From: Azolla caroliniana
Taxonomy: Eukaryota > Plantae > Polypodiophyta
Direction of reading: 5' to 3'
Assembly: GCA_043228905.1 (NCBI GenBank)
Contig: JBHGNT010000006.1
Location: 8,432,001 to 8,496,000 of the forward strand
DNA length: 64,000 bases
The translations under genes were made by a program, and so were the position numbers. The notes below the pieces were generated by a model. It saw only the letters and a list, made by a program, of their open reading frames with translations. It made no database searches and was not told the origin of the DNA. Of this stretch, positions 59,701-64,000 are shown piece after piece (the stretch's first letter is position 1; the number at the start of each line of letters is the position of its first letter).

Positions 59701-61863
59701 AATGAATGATGCATTCGGAAAATCAGGAAGTAAGAAAACTCTAAAGTTTTCTTGAGGGTGGGAAAATTTCCTAAAGGCTGTCATCTATGCTCTTTGCCAT
59801 GAATATTCTAAATATTTACTATTCATTTATGGTGCAGCACAAGCGGATGCCGAAGTAACCGATTCAATTGACTGGTTAGCGTTTCCTAGTGTTGCTACTC
59901 ATGATGACCATGATAATGCAAAGAATTCTTGGAGCATTCCAAATGGTAACAACTTCCGTGTCCGTAGTAGGAAATTTCATTTTGATCGTTCAAAGGTAAG
60001 AATTTAATGTGGATGTGCATGTGTCCTATTCAGAATTATCCTTCTTGTAGTAAACATTCAAATTCTGTTTTTCTATCACCAGGTTCCAGCCGGAGAACCT
60101 TTGATGCGACTAGTCTCAGTGGACTGGTTTAAAGGTTCGCAACGTATGGACCATCTTGCTCAGAGAAACGGTTGTGCTGCTCAGGTAAATTCTGTTGTAA
60201 TGAACCCTACAAATTTAAAGTTCAGGATTTTTGTGTCATATGCATTCCACTAGAATCTTTTAGTTGTTTTTCTTGGATGTAAAATCTACTAAAATGGCAT
60301 CCAATATGAGCTTTGATGTTTTGGGAATTCAGGTTTCACTATTTTGAAAATAGTCCAAGAAACTTGGTGCATCATGAATATTAAGTATTTTACATGCATT
60401 TCCCAATGAAAATTCTCTCCTTAATATAAAAGTAGACTTCGTGCTTAGATCCAATTTTCTCTTTTTTATGATTTAATTTGATAATTCTACTAAATCTTGG
60501 TAAACCTACAATTATGCTAAGATGGATCAGTAATCCAACACATTCCATATGGTATGTAGAAGGTACAAAATAATTTCAATCCGTCTAAAACAAATGTTTC
60601 TTTCTGATTTAATAACAGGTAGCTGCTGAAAAAGGTCTTTTCACCTTATTATTCAACTTGCAGGTGCAAAATCAAATCTATTTCTATTTAATTATGCTTG
60701 AGCACGGCCTGAGATTCAATCTATTTCTATTTAATCAAATCTCTTGATGTTGCTGTAGGTCCCAGGTTTCACACATTACAGCATGGTTCTATATTTTGTG
60801 TCAAAGGGACCCATTCCTACTGGTTCTCTGCTTCAGAGATTTATTGATGGTGACGATGGATTTAGAAATGGTAGATTGAAACTTATTCCAGCAGTTCCAA
60901 AGGTGATTATTGAAGACCGTTACTCTGTTCCATCCTGCTAAAAGTTTTTCATTATCAGACAAGTAAAAGGATTTAGGGTACATTTACAGGGAAATTGGAT
61001 AGTTAGACAAAGTGTGGGAAGTACACCTTGCATACTAGGGAAGGCTGTTGATTGCAACTACTTTCGAGGACCGAAATACCTGGAGGTTCACGTCGTATTT
61101 CCTCTTGATTCTTGAAGGCCATTAGATTTCGTGAAATGTCTAGTGATTGTATCATCTTTTCTCTATTTTCTTTACTACAGGTCGATGTCGACATTGGTTC
61201 TTCTACTGTTGCAACTGGAGTACTTGGCCTTGTGTTTGGTACAGTGGCCTCTTTGGTGGTTGACATAGCTTTCCTTATTCAGGTTGGTAGTATATATTAA
61301 CATCTATAGAAAACTGAAAAAATAATTGATAATTGTCACCACTAGAAGAAAACTGAAGCAATGAAAAACAGAAGTGAAGCACAACTCCTGTATAACTTAG
61401 AGGAATTATACCTAAGAGGCAGATAATGTGATTGTTTACTAGGAAAATGCAGCCGAGTTGCTACGTAAAAGAAAAAATCCTGCATACCCAAGTTTTGCCT
61501 AGTTTTTGTTATTCCACTGTTAATGCAAGGATTGGAATGAATTGACCGTATAACTGCCCAATAGCACATATAGTACATTTGAGAAAAAGGGGATGCATTG
61601 GCGATATAGCTGCTCAAAGAACATGCATAATTGCTCAAGTGGGGTCGACCAAAAGCATTTTGGGGTATTTGGGGCTATTTTCAGAGTTCTTCCCTTTTCA
61701 AGGGCTTCTAGTCATTATCTGGTTGGTTTTGTTTAGCCTCACACAGTGTGTCTTCGTGCAGGGGAATTCATTAGATGAGCTACCTGAAAAGCTGATTGGT
61801 ACTGTTCGCATATCCCGTTTAGAACTCTCAAAAGCTATTTCTCCTTACCCCGATAAGGACTAA
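47755..61863 (+). CDS. EDR2: ENHANCED DISEASE RESISTANCE 2-like protein (PH, START and DUF1336/EDR2_C domains), ~22 exons
   Basis: GT-AG exons in consistent phase: 47755-48084, 48601-48675, 49265-49318, 49400-49471, 49563-49663, (49782-49822 tentative), 56363-56452, 56542-56579, 56800-56900, 57002-57097, 57169-57233, 57306-57377, 57540-57701, 58041-58243, 58329-58368, 59838-59995, 60083-60184, 60619-60663, 60759-60902, 60990-61085, 61181-61282, 61762-61863. Motifs: [94 protein letters not shown]. Confidence 0.95.
49853..51676. mobile_element. Possible solo LTR or unclassified insertion in an EDR2 intron
   Basis: Visibly GC-richer block bounded by TGTAAGG... and ...AAACCAACA, with an internal ~40-bp repeat (~51005-51045 and ~51125-51165) and hairpin CAGCCCCTG...CAGGGGCTG. 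No matching TSD and no recognisable ORF. Confidence 0.35.
51860..53090 (-). mobile_element. Decayed RTE-like LINE reverse-transcriptase fragment in an EDR2 intron
   Basis: [25 protein letters not shown] and [10 protein letters not shown] in ORFs 52982..53293 (part), 52675..52881 and 52393..52626. Confidence 0.85.
53105..55560 (-). mobile_element. 5'-truncated RTE-like LINE with RT, CCHC region, 3'UTR hairpin and (TTTC)n tail, in an EDR2 intron
   Basis: [40 protein letters not shown] and [18 protein letters not shown]. The 3' end reads GGCCATTTTGGCC TCTTAAAAGACGTTAATATATCTTTCTTTCTTTCT. Confidence 0.92.
58728..59768. mobile_element. Chimeric intronic insert: Copia RNaseH-PPT-partial LTR fragment (-) plus RTE 3' tail (+), between 160-bp direct repeats
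   Basis: Repeats at 58728-58887 and 59609-59768. Copia motifs [21 protein letters not shown] and HDRTKHI, PPT ~59056-59063, LTR start TGTTGAGAAT at 59055 (-). Tail TTAAAAGATGTTAATATTTCTTTCTTTC at 59574-59608. Confidence 0.9.
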
Positions 61864-62834
61864 AAGTTAGCAATGCTCCATTCTTTCAAGACTATGATAT
61901 CTCGGTTTTTACCTGAAGTTTGGTTACCAATATTGCTGCTATGACCCAGCAAGGTGTACACATGAATGTGTAAGCTGCTGAAAGCCAATGAAGTATACTT
62001 CAAATATGGAGACGAGCAAAGAATTCTCTGCTTTGATGGTAGAAGAATAAAATGTGTTGAATGACAGGATAATAAGTTGAAGTAGGCAACAGATTATTTA
62101 CTGTTGTGTAGAGGCAAAATTTGAAAACATTTTTGAGGCAACTTCACTTCAATTGAATTTAAGTCGAACTGTAAATAAAGTCGCCATTTATTATTTTCTG
62201 AAGAATTATTTGTTTTGAATGTTTGTTGTGTCTCTGCACAACATTTACACGTGAAACTACTGATTAAATGTCAGTTGATCACGAATATGTCATGGTATAA
62301 TTATTATTCTTTTATATGACTTCTATTCAAGCTTATCTTGATGATTCTAATGTCAGAAAAGTTTTATCGAAGAATGTCCTTGAAATCTAGATGCCATGTT
62401 GGATTTGGATCTTTTATCCTCCTGCAAACTTGAAGATGCAGGTAGTTTCATCCGACTTTGTTCCATTTACCCTTTGATATTAGTGCTATCTATAGAAGGA
62501 TACTTCTAAAATCCATTACTTTATAGAGATTATCAATAGCAACCTTTGCTATATTAGTGTTATTTACAGAAGGAAGTTTCATTCAAGTTGAGGCATGCAG
62601 ATTGAGTGCATTGTTGGGTTATAAAGTTTACAGGGAAGAGAGTGCGAAGGTTTATAATAGTGTCAATGAAGGATCTTAAAAAGCTCGGCTTAATATATTA
62701 TGCATAAAATATATATACCAAATGGGAGTCCATAGTGATCAATGTAAACATTGGAGAGAGTTGCATTACATGAGAGTTATGAGGAGTTCAATCTATGTTG
62801 ACAATTTTTAAGGTATGATGATACTCACGCACCT

Positions 62835-63205
62835 TTCCAACCATATATATGCTCACCATCTCATGTTCATAAGTATATAGTAAAGAGATACAAGATCGTC
62901 TAGATGTCCACATATTTATGCAACCAATATATGGATCACCATCTCTCATAAGTATATAGTAAAAAGATATACAAGATCTCGTAGAGACCGAACCAATATA
63001 TGGATCACCATCTCTCATAAGTATATAGTAAAAAGATATACAAGATCTCGTAGAGACCTAGATGTGCACATATCTATGCAACCAATACATACACCACCAT
63101 CTCTCACAAGTATATAGTAAAAAGATATACAAGATCATCTAGATGTCCACATATCTATGCAACCACTATATAGATCACCATCTCATGTTCAAAAGATATA
63201 TTAAG
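62835..63205. repeat. Degenerate minisatellite, ~5 units of 70-90 bp, downstream of EDR2
   Basis: CACCATCTC...ATAAGTATATAGTAAA(A)AGATATACAAGATC recurs near 62869, 62948, 63017 and 63106. Confidence 0.88.
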
Positions 63206-64000
63206 GAGATGGTACAAGGGCATGAATTGTTCCAAGTATTAATCACTTGTAAATTTATAGGCGTTGTAAATGTATTGAATAATTGATGACTCACTAAATC
63301 TATGGCGTTAGAGTATAAGAACATAAGGCAACACCTTCATCTAAAGTGGCTCTAGAATGGGTTGGCACAACCTCATATTAGAGAAGGAATAAACTTTGTG
63401 ATGGAGGAGAAGATGCACATTGGTAAGAAACAAAATACATTGATTGTGTCAAGTATCTAACAACAAAGTCAATCCCTCTCCCAATCCAAAGTTTGTTGTT
63501 TGAGCCTTATATTTACAATAAACTTGGAATTTGTTTCATTTTGAACAATTTCATGGAAAGATCTATAGAAGTGTTCACATTGTTGGATAATCTAATTTTT
63601 AATGAGATTCCACACACAATAACGTTAGATTTGTATGCGCCTATTGCGCGTAAAAATGACAATCTTTGGAATTTCTGTGCAACGTTGACATGAATAACAT
63701 TTGATCGGCATTGGCTCCTAATTTCCTCAAGAATCAATATAAGTCACAATGCTTTGCACTTGAAAAGCATTTATAAATAATGTTATCATTGAACAATTTG
63801 TGTTAACGATCCTTGAAAGAAATAGTCGCCACTATGGATTTACCATCAATTGCATCTCCACCCCATGTTGAGTCAACACCAACCATGAGCTTAGTGGTAC
63901 ATGAGGCCCCTTTTTGGGACACTCTTAATAAAGATTGATCTCAAAATTCTAGTGCCACTCAAATGTCATTCCTAATTACTGCTCTTTATTGAGTTATATT

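Noticed and set aside
63410-64000. Possible decayed transposase or other coding remnant
   Set aside because: Coding-like composition, but frequent stops and no motif I can assign.

Overview
Land-plant nuclear DNA (lineage not determinable here), rich in spliceosomal introns and transposons, with one 100-N assembly gap at 6899-6998. Four host genes are supported: the first coding exon of a CASC3/Barentsz exon-junction-complex gene (-), a 3-exon LDIP-like lipid-droplet gene (-), a 5-exon PBS1/PBL27-type RLCK-VII kinase (-), and a ~22-exon EDR2 (PH-START-DUF1336) gene (+). The region 3.2-28.3 kb is a nested transposon stack. A decayed Mutator-like element contains a hairpin MITE, a 5S-rRNA-derived insert and a Copia element, which itself holds a second Copia. 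It is followed by a foldback element containing a third Copia, which holds a TA-flanked TIR element. Several RTE-like LINE fragments occur, two inside an EDR2 intron. The most unusual signal is a recurrent class of ~150-250 bp direct duplications. Two of them bracket chimeric inserts containing RTE-LINE sequence, and one of these is a Copia fragment ending in only the terminal ~20 nt plus (TTTC)n tail of the local RTE family. This suggests LINE-driven capture of foreign templates with very long target-site duplications (inference). Also notable: an apparent GA-AG intron in the kinase, the 5S-derived insert, a TGT...ACA palindromic MITE with 5-bp TSD, and an integrase-like HHCC motif upstream of the MULE transposase. 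All calls were made by eye; no searches were run.
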